Shown in pieces: positions 24,446 to 39,930 of a DNA stretch of 64,000 nt. The position numbers and the translations under genes were made by a program. Below the pieces are notes generated by a model. It did not search any database, was not told where the DNA came from, and was given only the letters and a program-made list of their open reading frames with translations. Position 1 is the first letter of the stretch; every line of letters starts with the position of its first letter. This DNA is from Phoronis australis (taxonomy: Eukaryota; Animalia; Phoronida), in contig NMRA01000182.1 in NCBI GenBank assembly GCA_002633005.1, positions 443,077-507,076 of the forward strand, written 5' to 3'.

Positions 24446-24787
24446 CTAGAAATTGAAAATTAAAACATATAAAACCAAAAACATGAAAACTGATAAATAG
24501 ACCCAAAAGAATCATGAGCATGTGTATGTCTGTATGCTTGGCAGTGTGACTCTTATACTACTTGTGTTATTAAATGAATTTCATGATTAATAAAAAATAA
24601 ACAAACATCATTCTTAATAAATTCCCTTCACAGCACAGTTGTGCGATTCACAATGTAAGAACTCTGAATTAAAGGGTTTATATAGGTGATTACATCACTG
24701 TGGTCATCATTTTGTGATGAGTACATATATATAACTAGTAATGGTTAACTCCATTTTTATTAATGTCCATTAATTTTAAAAATTCGA

Positions 24788-24912
24788 CATGATACCCCTC
24801 ATAAAATATACTATATAGTGTATACTAGTATGCTACGCCAACACAATATGCATGATACCCCTCATAAAATATACTATATAGTGTATACTAGTATGCTACG
24901 CCAACACAATAT
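24788..24912. repeat. Perfect tandem duplication, period 63 bp
   Basis: catgatacccctcataaaatatactatatagtgtatactagtatgctacgccaacacaatat begins at 24788 and again at 24851. Confidence 0.95.
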
Positions 24913-27904
24913 CTAAACACTACTGCCTCCACCATCTAAAACAACTGGTGTTTATCACTAATCAACTGACCCTGAATCATCCCAGAATGACTAAGAAACA
25001 ATATCCAGGATTGGCATCTTGGCATCTCTTCTTGAATTTGTTCAGCTGATGTAAACACCGCCTGAGTCTTCATCACAGGCATGGTCACATGCAGGGAAGA
25101 GGATAATGAGGGGGGGTAATGTGCTCACATCAGCAAAGCAAATCACAAGTCACAGGTCACTAATCCCAGAGGTTTTTAAAATCTTACCAATTTAAAAAAA
25201 ATGATGGACAATTCATAATTGCAGCAATCATTTGGATTTGACTTGATAGAGATTATTCCTAAGTGAGGCCATATTTGACTAATCTGAATTGCACCACCCA
25301 TTACCGCACCACAGAATCTTGTCCTAGTGTAACAAAAAGCCTGAGTTACATGCCTGACATGAGCATGTTTCACTGCTCATACATTTAAAGGTGACCTACG
25401 ATGAAGGTTTACAATCTGTTGAATATATATGGCCTATTGTTGGACATCAAATATTTAATCATAAAGGATAGTTTATACCACCACCTGTTGCACACAAATT
25501 AATACTCAATAGTGTAACTAACAAAGGTAAAATGCTGTGAGCAATACTGGGCCCCCCGAACAGGCCCACACCTAAAATTTCACTATTTCTAACAAAGAAA
25601 TGGTATCCGGTATTTTTTGTGGTTTATCAAACAGGACCTGGCATCTGGCAAGGATAGTCAGTGTCTTAATCCTCTAACATTTATAAAGCTTTCTTCCTTC
25701 TTAAATAAGAGAAAGGCACCTTCATGTTACTCAGCAGGTGTACTTATTGTTTACTGGTATGCCAACTATTGACAAGGTGTGAATGACACCCACGCAAATC
25801 ACCAGGTATGGATTGCTTAACAAATGGATGACGCCTACACTAAGTTGGTCTATTAAGTTATGTAATGACACGTGCCTTCTGTCTAAAAATCGAACAATGA
25901 AGAAAAGAACACCAAAAGCATTTACAAAAAAATACTTCAAAGGATTTGATTGTTATCTAGGTTAATTAGCGCACAAGCTTTATCTCAAACTGCTTAATCA
26001 AAGGATAAATCAATTTCTGTTATCAAGTTTTCGGATTCCCATAACATTGAACCAGTATCCACTCATTTGACAAACTTACAACAGGTAGATTGTGTGGTTA
26101 ACCAACCTGTCTGGGGAACTTTGATAATTGAAATACAGTCAGGTTGATGGTTTGTAAGTTTTATGAGAAGAAAAAGAGAAGTATCGGGTTAGAAAAGTCT
26201 TAAAGTGCTTTTCCACTCCGTTAATTTGTAAATTTCTATTCCATCCCACCTAACATTATTTTTCTTTATCCACATTTAACGTTGTCACTAACAGCATGTA
26301 CTATTATTGATATTTCATTCAAACATTCACCATTCTACAACTTTCAGCACTTCGTTTCATTTATTATCCAAAGATATACATGTTTGAAAAAATACATATG
26401 AATAACATTTTCGTACACAAATCTTGCAATAACTTCGACGACACCCAGATCAATCTGTGATAACTTCCGTGTACATTTACTTCCGAAGCCAGCCTAAAAG
26501 GTTCAGCTAACTTGACAGTTTACCCTGTGCAATAGTTAAGTAGATCTGAGAGTCTATAGATAGATGCTTGAGAGGATGTTTTCATCTCCGAGAACATCAC
26601 ACCTTACTATACATCCGTTTAATCAATGTTTGATAAGTCATTACTATCAGATAAATCCCTGCCCTAATTTGACACACTATGTCAACAACGTTTTCCAACA
26701 ATAGGACCCTACCTAAATTTGTGCACTTTTAGATGTTATGTTGTCTACGCACCGGACTGAATTACTTTTTTTCTACTATTAGCATTTTCAATGAAATCCA
26801 CCTAGTTTACTGGTTTCCGGAAATATCTACTCAAGAAATTATAGGTTCATAGAAAATGGTGAATTTGAGGATACAAATGTTTCAATTTCATTTTCAGACA
26901 CATTGAAATTTGATATAACTAGAATCTTTTTGTACATTGAGCAAACAAGACCTGATTGTCTTCTAGTAAAATTATTATCAATAACGCAAAATGCTTTTGT
27001 TACACTTTTCTGTAATTTAAAAAGTTCATTTTCAACTAAACATTCCTGTGCTGTCAGTTTTTATTAAGAAAAGTGAACTTTGCCTCTATAATTCTCTCTG
27101 AAGCTGTTTGTTTAACCCTAATAAACAAGAGAACATCTGTAGCTTATATCCAACTATCAAACCTAATTAGTCAACCACAGGTCAGTAGGAAATAAAGAAA
27201 ATTGTGTGGCAGCCATTATAACAGTTAACTTTTATACCTTGTTGTACATACTTCTTTAATATGAAACAGGTTCAAATGAAATACTAATTTCACACTCTCA
27301 ATACGAAACTAACATGACCCCATTAAACTTTTCACAAATTTAGTTCCAAATCTCCGATCATAATGAAACTAGCACAAAATCCCAAGTGTGATTGTGAAAC
27401 CAACACAGTTAGGGTTGGAAGAGATGCAATGGGACTCATGCTCTTGTAGGCAAAATCAAAGCCATATGCCTGACGACTTAGTTTCATTTAACAATGGGTA
27501 GAACTTAGGTACATGTCCAGCCTTGGCACCAACGTTTACGCAAATGACCACTTCTGGTGAAACAAAGAACAGAATAAGGTAATGATTTGTATTGGAAAAT
27601 GTATTTTATTTGATTTGACTAAAAAGTAAACTAGTCTTATCCTGAAGTGCTCAGATCCTAAATTCTTTCATCCATTTTTGAACAATCACATTCTTACAAT
27701 TTATCAAGAACTTTAATGACGACATTCACAGAATTGATTCAAAAGCATGAAGTGGTTAAAGAGCGAACACCAAATGTGCGAAAAGGCTTCCTTAGTTGCA
27801 TAACTCATTTTTTTAAAAGTGTTGCACCCAAGTGGTGGCAACTGCCACTTTATTGAAACCAAGGATACATTCAACCTATCACGTGACTGATCGTGGGTTC
27901 TTAC

Positions 27905-28093
27905 CTTGTGACTGGCGGAAACCTGGCTCCTGTTTAATCATATGTGGTGACGCGCTACGTCTTAATTGTTCGAGCTCCATCAATTGACTAGAGAAACGAT
28001 CGGGTAACTGAAGAGGGCGCTCCATAGGCATGTGAGGCGCGAGTGGGTTGGGCCTATGGTGATGATGTATACGACGGTCATCGGTTCTCAGCT
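27905..28093 (-). CDS. Runx: Runx coding exon 3
   Basis: Acceptor tttttatttacag and donor CAAG|gtaaga; 189 nt, phase 1-1. Contains FSSQLMELEQLRRSA, similar to vertebrate RUNX1 FSERLSELEQLRRTA. Confidence 0.93.
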
Positions 28094-31000
28094 CTGTAAA
28101 TAAAAAATTGTTTTTAGATCTCTTCGTTATAAATTCCGCCATTTTCACATGGGCACATTCTGAATTTAGGGAGAAAAGGCACGCTCTGTGAGTTTATTGG
28201 CACTTAACAGTTACGTGTAACTAACGTATCCCTAAACAGAGAGTACGATACTGTAGACACCAAGCATCCACCCTGGGTCTTAGAGTTACAGTAAAATCTC
28301 ATTAATTAAGGACAAATTATGTCAAACAAGTGATATCTATTTTTTGCTGTAAAAAATATGGTGAAAGTCTTCAAAGCTCCAGCTCACCATGCTGGCTAGA
28401 AATGAAATTCAAATTTGTACCTTTAATTGGTATCTATTCCTTACTAGATTCTGTTTTATTGGTCAATAAGAACTTCGAAATCATTAGTGACTCAAGAAAA
28501 TGCTTCAGAGCTTATTGGGTTGGCCAGTCTTAAAATTCCGCATTCAAAAATAGGATTCGAAAATAGCACACATACATTGCCTTTGACTTGATTACCAGCT
28601 CATTCAGCAATCACTCGAGATTGCATGAATGTGGTAATGTTTTTAAATCCCATAGCGCCTCAGTAAGAATTTAACAATGACAACTAAACAAGGGAGACAT
28701 GCAGATTTAAAAAGACAGGAAAATCCCAATTTTGATAGTTATTTTTGTCTGAAATTGATTGAAATTATACTACACGTTATGATTCAAAATGGTTCCATAC
28801 TGTTCTTAGGTGAATTAAGACACTAGTCATACAAAAAGAGTTACACTCTGAAAGCAAATTCTCAATATTCCTACAAGGAGTCCATCCCCTGAAGCAGATC
28901 TGATCATGTGGAGCTTACAACACCACACTCTGTCATCAAAGCTTTCCTTCAAAACAAACAAAAAACAACTTGCGGTCCAGTGATGGAAAATTTCAGGGCA
29001 ACTTGAGCTTGTGGGTCCTAATGCCATCTCAATATTTTCCTAGGAAGCCCATTCAAAGCATTCAAAACAACAGTGCAATACCGGGTATATAAAAACCACA
29101 AAAATATCTACACAAGGAAACACAAATGTTTTGTACAATAACTGACACACATTGATGCTAAACATTTATCTTGCAAAAACTTGCCACCTTTGAATATGTT
29201 TTTTAAAAAAACTGCAAGAAACATAGCATTTTTAAAACTAAAATAAAGATACGGAGTCAAGGATGCATTCGTGTCAGACCATAATGCGCACATTACAAAC
29301 CACAGCAGTGTTTGTTCTGTAGATGGCATAATCGTCATAGAAATCTGATTTTTGCACCTGTGGCTAATGATATTATAGATTGAATGTCACGGATAAATTA
29401 ATGAATGGGCAGTGAATGGTCGATTTTGGTTTGAAAGCTTCTATGACTCAATGAAATCACTGGCGAAACTAGGATTTGTATGCAAGTACAGGTGCAAGAA
29501 AGCAAGAATTGTATTAATTAAATGATGCAAACGGTTATTCTGACAAATCAAATGAAAAATGAAGAAATAACGTTGTTTTGAAATATGTGTTCACTGCAGA
29601 CCCCACACTGAAATGCACCTAACAACCAGTCTCATGAAATCCATTCACAAATTACCACTAATTTACTACGGTATGTCGAGTAAGATTCGATTCCATTTTT
29701 TACACGATTTTGCAGCTTTACACTCCAGCCATGCGATAAATAGATACAGGTCGGGTCACACGTCTTAAGTATGTCACAATCAATTCCACAGAGTTAAACT
29801 AAAAATTGGGAATGATTCAAAGATGCCAAGGTTAGTGTGGTTCTTTCTTAAATGTCATTCAGTGCAATGAGAATGCACAACAATATAACTGGCATCTTTA
29901 TCAGGTGTTTGTCTGATCCTGGGATGTACTGCAAACTAATCCGATCACTTGCAATAACGACATTACAAAGTGCAACAGAGAGGACAATTTCATTTATTAA
30001 GCAGTTGTACTCTTACAAGTTTTATTAAAAACTTCAAGACAGCTAATCTCCAAAAGTGAATTTTTGAACTTTGAGAAAAAATCACCAAGAACATTGAAAG
30101 ATTTGATCCTTTTACCTTTGGTCACACCACTGTACTCTTTCAATTAAAAAATGGAAAATAAGTAATAATTAGAGTTCCACATAGTGTAATTAAGGTCAAA
30201 CCAAAATTGCAAACTTCAATGGAGAACAAGTCAAGTTAGTGGTGGTGAATCTGAAGCTAAAACAAAGAGTTTCCTCACAAAACGTGAACAAAAACGGTAG
30301 TTTTTGAAGATGGTGCTAAATGGGGTCTTGGATATACTACCGTAGTATATTTTTAACTTCCCAAAAATCATACCCTCATTGACATAAAATATTAAGTTTT
30401 AACTTTCTCAAATAATACCAGTACATTTTTTATTCAAAATGCATACAAACAATTAATGAAATAGTTGCCATCTGCAAGCCCATAGAACGTGACAACCACT
30501 CACTGCAACAAAAACACTACAGTAGGCCTTTGGTGGACTTATAGACAGCAGGCAGGTACTATGTGAAATCAACACTGTCTTTGAATACACAATATTCTGC
30601 TTAATGTCTGGTTCACCACATAGTAAATACTGCAGGAGTTGTTTTTGTTTTCTTGTCAACCACCAGGAGGTACCAGTGTCAAGTTTCTATTTACCCTTCT
30701 CAGTCAAGTCTGTAAAATGACTGAGTGAATACAATAAAGTGGATTTCTTCCTAACAATAATAGGAACAAGTGTCACATTAGACTTGATGATGCAAAAAAA
30801 ATTGATCAAAATGCAGACAAAATATTTCAATCATTAATTTATTGCTTTAAAAATTTATAAAAAATGTGATTTAACAAAATGATGCTCATGGACGCTTTTC
30901 CTGAATATCTCAATTTGTTGGGAGTTACGGTAATCGCAACCAGTGCAATGTAGAGATCCCGCTGACATTCTCTGAACACTGTAATCTTATAAGTGCTTCC

Positions 31001-34000
31001 AGTACTGCAGCCATTTGGTGTGAGAACTTTCAACACAGTGACCCAGTGCACAGCACTGCACAGCACATAGCTGTCACGACCTCTGACCTCCAGACAATGC
31101 CACTGTCTGGCAAAAAGAAGCCATACAGACAAGGGCAGATTTATTCATCAGAACCCATGAACTGTTGCCCTTAGTGTTGTGATAGTTAGTCACTCTATTT
31201 GGACATGATGAACTGCCTTGAGGCATCTCAACCATGTATAAAATAGTCCAAGGCCTATCACCAGCAGAAGAAGTGATGAAATTGGGATTACCCCGCCAAA
31301 AAATAGCATACTTTGTTCTAGTCTGCACTGAACTCCACTCACTTCGAAACCTAATGATTGTTAAAAGAAGAATATGGTCACTGGCAAAACTTTTCAAAAG
31401 TTACAAAAATGGATCAGTTACGGTAGCTTTTTGTTAACAACATAACTTGGCCACTTGGCAACAATCACCTCTGTAATGACATTATTTGATTACAGAAGAA
31501 TGAGTTTTTAACAGCAATTTGTGCCTGTTTGAATCTGACCGTCAGAATTATTTAATTATTTCTCATTAACAGGAACCTATGAAAAAAAATTTGCCAAGAA
31601 AACCAAGAACTGAAAACTTGGTTTGTTTATGATCATGAATCACAAAACTTTGTGTGGAAAGATCAATAAAATTGTTACTGGGTGGGCAAAAATGAGGACA
31701 TCGTAAGGTAAATGTTAGTTACTGTGAACTTTTTATATTACTTTTAACATCAAATGGGATACTTGACTGAACAGTGCTTGAATTATTCATGGTTGTTGAG
31801 TTAGTAAACAAGCATGTGCGCCCACTATGTGAGTACATTTATTGTACTGCACAGCCAATTGTCAAGAGAGGTCATTGTCAACATGTTTTTCCAGTGGAGT
31901 ACCATGATAACCTTTCAAAATGATTGCACCGCTATGCACCAACAGCTGATCCATTCTCAGAAGCTTCATACTTATATATAATACAGATTTGAGAATTAGA
32001 GTTATGAAAACTGTCAACCAAAAATTTAGTGGTATTACGAAAGGCAGAACATGGGGTGTTGATAACCAGTAACAAATCCAAAGAACAGGACTTCTGAAAA
32101 TAACAAATAGGGTGGCAATTGGCAATCCTCTCTGGAACCAAGCTCAAAGGTAGTGTTTTCAATGACCAGTACATTTATTTGATTTCCATCAACAAGCTCA
32201 GAGAGGCAACTTGTGAATTAAACAAGAGAACAATAAAGGTCCCAAAGTATTGGGAGTGTTTATCTCATCACATGCATCCAATTTTGTAGAGAGCCTGTAC
32301 TAACTGAAAAGGGCAACTGACAATACTTTAGCACGTTGGTATCAATTTGTACATTTTCATTTGTCAGGATTTGATTTCAGTCAGTAAACAACAGTCAGCA
32401 GTTTGCACTCTGAAGCTTTGCACCCAATGACCCTGAAGATGACTTTAAAAACACTCAAGCGTTCATTCACCTAGGAAGTGTCAAGGATGAAAAAGAAATA
32501 AATGTTTAATTACTCAGGAGACTAAATTTGCAAGCACATGTAGTTTAGCACCATGTTGAATGCAAATAAGATTCTTTCTTACTCGTTTTCCAGACAGTGA
32601 TCGAAACTTGACTGGGAATTAGTCTAACCATTAACTAAAAAATGGTGTCCAATTATCAAAAACCACAGAAAGATTTGTACTCTGTGACCAGGAGTAAGGG
32701 ATTACAGGCACTTTATTTTACCATACAATAGTACGGCTGTGATCAGGCAATACAGGAGTGATCAGGCTTTCCCCTAAGCATGACTTGAACGTTTGATGAC
32801 CTCAAAAAATAGCTCTACTGCATTCACATTAATGGTTGTTTATCAAATTGTTCCGCACAGCGCAAAAAAGTATTTAAGTGTCTGAATAGGTCAGAAAATA
32901 AAAAGAAAACATTTTTCTTCACAGGTCACTGAGTAACAGTTGGAAAAACAAAGTAGATCAATAACACTCTTCTGTATTTTTCCCCACTGAAGCAGAATAG
33001 GGTGTCGAAAAGGGTTATCAAAATAGGAGACATCATAGATTGGAAAGCTGTTTTGAATGAAATCTGATACTCTGGACTGTTTGTTGTACTTTGTGATTAT
33101 ATAAGTAAAAGAGCTATGGTCAGTTACTGCCTGGACAATACACTGAGACAATCTAGGAGATTGTGAATGGGTCTGCACTGCAATGCCAAAGGACAGTGTC
33201 TTCAGCAATCTTATATCCTACAGCCATAGAACTCTCCTTTCTTCTTTGACCTAGTTTTGGAATATCAAGTACATTTTCACTGGTTGGACACGTCGGAAAC
33301 CTTCAAGGTGTAATCTGGGACTGTTCTGTTATTTAGGCAATGGCCAAAATTTGACTGATTGTAATTTTAATGAACACGACAGGTTCATTTTTGACAAAAT
33401 TAGATTACAGTAAAATGCAATACAGCAGTTCTAAAAATGGACCACTTGCTGAAGTAAATCCAAGTACATTAACACTGATGAAGTGCAAAAAAAACAGGAT
33501 GTAAAACGAGAGGTGATTAATTTTTGATAATGTAAATACTTAAAATTTTGAACAACACATGGTTAATGGCAGATTAACTGACATATTTTCCCCACCTACA
33601 CACACTCTTGAGTTACTTCATGTGGGCAAATGGGGCAACAAATAAACAAAAACAATTTGCAAGAAATCAATTGGCTTAATTGTTTTTCTTTACCACAGCA
33701 CAACTATGGAATGCTGGCATGATGTTGTTCATTCTTAGAAATTCATTTAATGCAAAATGTTAGAATGTATTTTGTTTCACCTGCTTTCAGAAAGAGAATT
33801 TTCTTATTGAAAGTTTACTAAAGACGTCAGCTAACTATTTTATTTTCATAGTGAACAAATGTAAGAATCAATAACAACTTTTAGAATGTAAATAATCATT
33901 TTGGACTTAATATTTGTAATGAAATGACATGTGGAATAAAACGTTTTATACAGAATTTGAAACCAACTGGTAATAGATTTCAAAGCCTGAAAGCAACTGC

Positions 34001-35761
34001 CTCTAATTGCTGGAAAACATTGGAGTGATAAAAATTGCTTGCATTGCTTCCTGGCTAATTAACTCCAGAAGTAAACAAAGAAGAGGTTTGACCTTTGGTG
34101 GTAATAGTGACCCCAAGGTCACAAGGATTTTGACCTTTCCACCACAATTCAGAAGATTGTATTATTGTCTTATGTAACTCTGTGGTCAGTGTCTGACCAG
34201 ATTTATACTCATGGCTAAACACACAAATTATGATCAATGGATCTGGTAATTGGAAATGGGATGTGAGCACTCCACATAGTAACGAAAATATACCTTTGGG
34301 ATAAAAAATATCACGACTATGCAAACAGGCCTTTTCATTTGCTGGATTAAAAACAAGCAGACATCATTTAAGAAAGGCATATACAGCAAAACTTCATCAA
34401 AATAGGAAAACTGATGTGAAAAATATATAATTGTGTATAATTTTTAAGTACAAAGAACTGGTTTCAACCCTAGAGGTGATAAACCATGTAGAACAGTAAA
34501 GGAGTTGCTATCAGTATTTTGACAGGCTTCAAAGTTCAGATCAGAAGGTCAGCCAGTATTTAAAATTAAGATAAACACTTGTGTTTTTGTTAATAATAGC
34601 TGATACAAAGTTAAATAGCTCACGCATTTCACAGGATTTTTTCTTGTATTGTCCCAATTATTCGGTAAACCAACAGGTTATAGGAAATGGGAATGTAATC
34701 AAATTTCACTGTTTCCCGTTCTTTGGAAATATTTTTTTCAAGAATGAAGATAAAAAAACATGCACAGGAAAATTCATGCTGTGCAAAGAAAATGAATCAC
34801 ATACGAGTCGCCATCCCCTGTGTTGGAGTTTAAATTAGGGTTTCCTAACGTCTTTCATGCCAACTTTCTAAAACCCCAATACCAGAGGAGCGTCCAGGTA
34901 AACTGCGAAGTTAATTGAACATTTCTGAACAATGTCGGCTGTTAGTGAACACCGATATTATCACAGTTTGTCATGTGAGACACCGAAGTTATTGCAAGGC
35001 AGTACATCAAAAATGTTTGTGCAGGTGAATTTTTTGTAAATCTAAAATATCGTATATATGGTCAGATAATAAATGAAATGAATTGAAGTGCTTATTGTGG
35101 TAGAATGGTGAATATTTGAAAAAAGTCAAATAATACCACAGCATGTGCCGTTATTGACAATGACAATTACCGATAACTTCAACAACACTGAAGTTAACTG
35201 TGTGTCGAGGCGCCACTATTAAATCCACATGTTTACTGCAAAGTTAACTGGCACTGTTAACTTCAATCCAGGACTGAAGTTAACCATTCATACACCAACT
35301 TACACTCCCCAAAACATGGACGCGTCCACACTGGTAAGGCCCCTAACAAAAATGCTCAACAGCGATTCTCCTTGAAACACTACAACATAGCCGAGGTCCA
35401 CTGCAAAGAGTTAGTGACCTACACAATTTTCAATGTACTTGATCAAGAAATTCCAAACTGTTTTCCACAGGTTAAGTTCATTTCAGTCTCCACCTTCAAA
35501 CCGCAACACTTCCCCCCATCCTTGGGTGTATGCAGATATAAGCTTGTCAGCAAAATGTCCAAAGCAGGTCATTTGCCACAATCTCTCAGAAAGCATCAAA
35601 TTCTCAAGACAAATCTAGACAACAAAATTCTACAGGCAAAAAACAACAATAGGTTAAAATTTCCATAAAAGAATATCCAAAAATTTCCCTGTGGCAGGTT
35701 GACAAATTTTTCAAACAAATGCGCCAACTCTAGACTCCCCTTCCAACACATTTCCAATTTA

Positions 35762-35917
<156 letters not shown>

Positions 35918-38900
35918 TTAATTACTCCAGCTAGAATAGTAACGCAAAATAAAAGAGACATCCTTCAATTAATTCAGGACCCAATACTGGTTCCTAAAAA
36001 CAATCTATTCTATCCACACCTACCAGCATAGACAGTATGTCTGCAACACAGAAAGGCTTTTTAAAAAAGACATGCCAGTAGCAGTTTTGGCATAATTTCA
36101 ATTTTTACGCATTCGGATACACAAACAAATCACAAACCAGGAAAAGTTGTTTCAATAACATCGAATTTTGTCAAAATGGCAATAACTTGATAGAGTGTCC
36201 AATTTATTATTTTTTGATTTGACATCACAACCCAGTGTCTACAAGGTTAGTCAGGTTCTTTCAGTCTGGTTAAATCTAGCTACTAACTGTTTGTTACTAG
36301 ACACAAGTTTACAGATGCTGAACTTTACACTCTGGATTTTCCTGTAAACATAATCAGCTGACTGGGTGCTATGCCAAGAATTCATTGCGTCATACAGATG
36401 ATATTTCCCCTAGACAACCAGGCTCACAGTTCCTGAGGGACATCATGAGAGATGACATGGTGGCAGAATGCACAGTGGTCTCAGAGCTTAAAATTAGATT
36501 ATTGACAGTTTTGATGACATCTTAGCAGGACATGTTTTTTCCTTCTTTGTAGGAATTATTAATTTGTGTCTACTCATTACTCATCGGTAAGATGATGTAT
36601 TATGGTTTATGACTTCACTCTGGTCAACAGCTAACAGACACCATAGGAAGTGATTATTTAGTTTCAAGTGTCCATCTTGGATCTTGCCAGAATGACAATC
36701 GAAACATGCGCACTACAGTCTGTATGAGATTCTGTGGCACTTCAGCAATGAAAATGATAAAGATGACTATCCGCCACGCATGGGTCTAGACCTCTACCAG
36801 ATTTACTCCTCAGTTAGTAACTTATTCCTGATTAACAGTCGTTATTACTGGTATTATTTTTGTGCACAAAATCATAAAATTTATACATATATATATGAAG
36901 TATTTATACAGAACAGTGAAACACAATAAGTATATGGTACATACGTTGCTTGATTAAATGTACCAGGTTATAATACCAGCCAAAATGGTTGATAAGAGGA
37001 ACGAATGCTAATGACCTTGTAGCCACTGACATCTTGTTTTCCAAATGGCTTCCAGGTTAAGAATCACAAATATTTAAGAAATAGTTAGAACTATTATTGA
37101 ATTTCTCTGAAATTCAGCGGAAGGACGGGCTGACCTACGTAATTACAAATGATTCGGAATCCTATTTTCCCATCACATGTCCTTCTCCAACTACAGTTTC
37201 TGTGAAGCCTAATCTACATCCAAGTAGGGGAAATAAACACTCCATGATTTCTAGGTTTAAAGTTACAAAGCAAAAAGGTTAAAACATTTGACCTCCACTG
37301 GTTATTTACTTATTCCAATATCTTGATGATTTGTGGAACACACTAACTTTGGCCTAACTCAAAGGATCTGTGGCACAGCTGGTCAGCTTGTGATAAGTGA
37401 CTATGAACATGAAACCTGTTACAGTCCACTATTTAAACAAGACAGCAGCAGAACCTTCACCATAGAGAAAAATACATGCTCGATGACCAGGTCAACAATG
37501 GTCAAATCTGGTCACAGTGAATTAGGTAATTCCGGAAAATGTAAACAGGCCAATTTTTTGGCACAGGACTTGCTACCAACTGAGTATTGGAAAATGTACT
37601 CCAATTTATTTTGAGCTGACTCTCGGAATTAAATTTCCTTACTGGTGATTGAGTGTCTCAGTCAACGACCTTCAGTAAGTGGGCGAAAAGAATTAGAGGA
37701 TGTGCACATAACATGGGGGTGAGCTATGGGGGTGATGAACCTGTCCCCTGTGACACTAATTTCTATGAAATCAACTGTAAGTATAATGTAACCAGGACAC
37801 ATGTGAGTCAATCAAACCTGCATGAGAATGACTTTCATGACAACACGTTATGACGCCCACTCAATAGCTCAAGAGCTTTCAGTCCATAACACTTGACAAG
37901 CTAGCATTATTTGCCTTAAACCCCTTTCAATACTGTTGAAAACATATCCACAACTGTAGTTGGCATTGCAAGTGGTGACCCCAAAGCACATATACGACCG
38001 TATACGGATATATTAAAATCCAATGTAGAGTTACTGGTGACAAATTAGTTAAAAATGACCACAACTGGCTCTTAGTTCTCTTTAGAATTAAGATATATTT
38101 ACAGGGAATGAAGATGAGCTATTGTTCAAAGATTACTCAAACTTTATCGATGACATGACAAACAAGTCTTTTTAGAGGAACATTCTCACCAGGTTTACTA
38201 ATGAATGACAGTAGATTACGGGACAAATTAGTCAACATCAACTGTAAGTAAAATTCCAAATGAGACTGAAAGCCTTTTTGTACATGTGTAAATTCTTCCG
38301 ACAACCTTTATCAAGGATTCACAGTGGCTGAAAGAAGTCTACCTACTCAGTACTATTTGAAGAACTACTTCACACAATCCAATGACTAGGAAAAAACAGA
38401 AATATGAGCCAGCCATTATCAACAGCATATACTATTGAGATCAGGGTATGTTTTCAGAGGTCAAACAAGGACAGTCTACAGTCAAGGCTACTAGTGGTAA
38501 CTCAGGTCCGATAATTAACAAATTAATTCACCCTTCTAATTAGATGGAGAGCCATAGAGTCTGGGACTACAAGCTTTGAGTGAATGCCCTAATTATATTT
38601 CCATTAGACTCTAGAATGTAAATTTGTCAAGCCAATGAAATGATTTAGCTAAGTTTATATTTCACATGAGAAAAAGTACAGGTTCACGGGAGAGTATATT
38701 TGCGTCTTGATCAATATAGATATGTTTTATTCCACTTACAATGGACGACTTGTTTTTGAAGGATAGTTAACTTTAATAACCTGAGAGGCATCGTAATATT
38801 TTGTAACAGTATTATCATTGATATTTGAGCTGGACTCTTATTATTATAAAGTGTCTGATCAATTTTCACACATAGCAAAAAGTCAAATGGTATTTTTCAT

Positions 38901-39778
38901 GTCCTCAACTTCGATTCGGAACTATCCAAACTTGTTTGCAAAAGATCTTGTGTTAATGTAAAAGAGGATGAATTGAAGAAAACAAAGCTCGTCTGGGTCA
39001 AAAGGATGTCAACTTCCCATTCTTACAACTGAAGGATGGTAATTAGAGGTTTCTTTACAGACAGTAAGCATATTTCAACCATATTTGACTGGCCCAGTCA
39101 TTGGCTGTTCTTGGAAATATTTAGTCATACTAACCCTGCCTTCACAGCAACACACAGATGGAAGAAGAATGGTCACTGTAAAACCCTGAATGACTGCCCA
39201 GTGATGCATCCTTTGAACTTAGCTATATTAAATAGTAATACAGCAATAACATAAAATCTTGCAATTTAGAGTTTTTTTGGTAAGTTTTATCTAGTCACCA
39301 ATTTCATCTTGTGCACTTCAAAAAATACAGGTTATATTCATAAAACATTCATTTCATTTATTACCGTAATGTTTCCTCAAATTCAAAAAAAAAAAAATAA
39401 TAATTGTCAAAATTGTCATTTTCTCATTGTTCAAAAGTTCACTGAAATGTTACATATGCTCAAATTTCATCACTTGTTTGTTGACGACAGGTGTACAATA
39501 AGGACAACAAGTAATGAAGTATAGTTTTCCTCGAGCTTATTTTTGTTGAAAATTTGAAAACCAGTTTCACTGTTCCTCCATATTTTGTACTAAATTAAAG
39601 AAATTCTATGCAGCAAATGATGGACTGTCAACAAACAAGTGAGGGCAGAAGATAAATGCCTTTATGACCAAGAAAGATCAAATGTGTCAACCATTCCCAG
39701 TGACACAGATCAGTGCACATAGTAACACAGAGACGATTATAATAGATACAACAGGTCTGTCAGGCACTGACCTTAAAA

Positions 39779-39930
39779 CCTGGCGTGCGTGCGTTCAGTA
39801 ACGCTTAAGACCTACGCTAGGACCTAGCTAAAGTCACGTGTTCTCATTTAAAATACAAGGCAGTATCTTGTGTAATCTCGCGAAGTCTTGCTTTTTAGCG
39901 AGGTCCGAGCTTTACTGAACGGGAGGCTGG
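39779..39930. mobile_element. Small MITE (about 150 bp) in Runx intron 1
   Basis: cgttcagtaacgcttaagacctacgcta pairs imperfectly with tagcgaggtccgagctttactgaacg. It is a CpG-rich patch in a CpG-poor intron. Confidence 0.6.
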
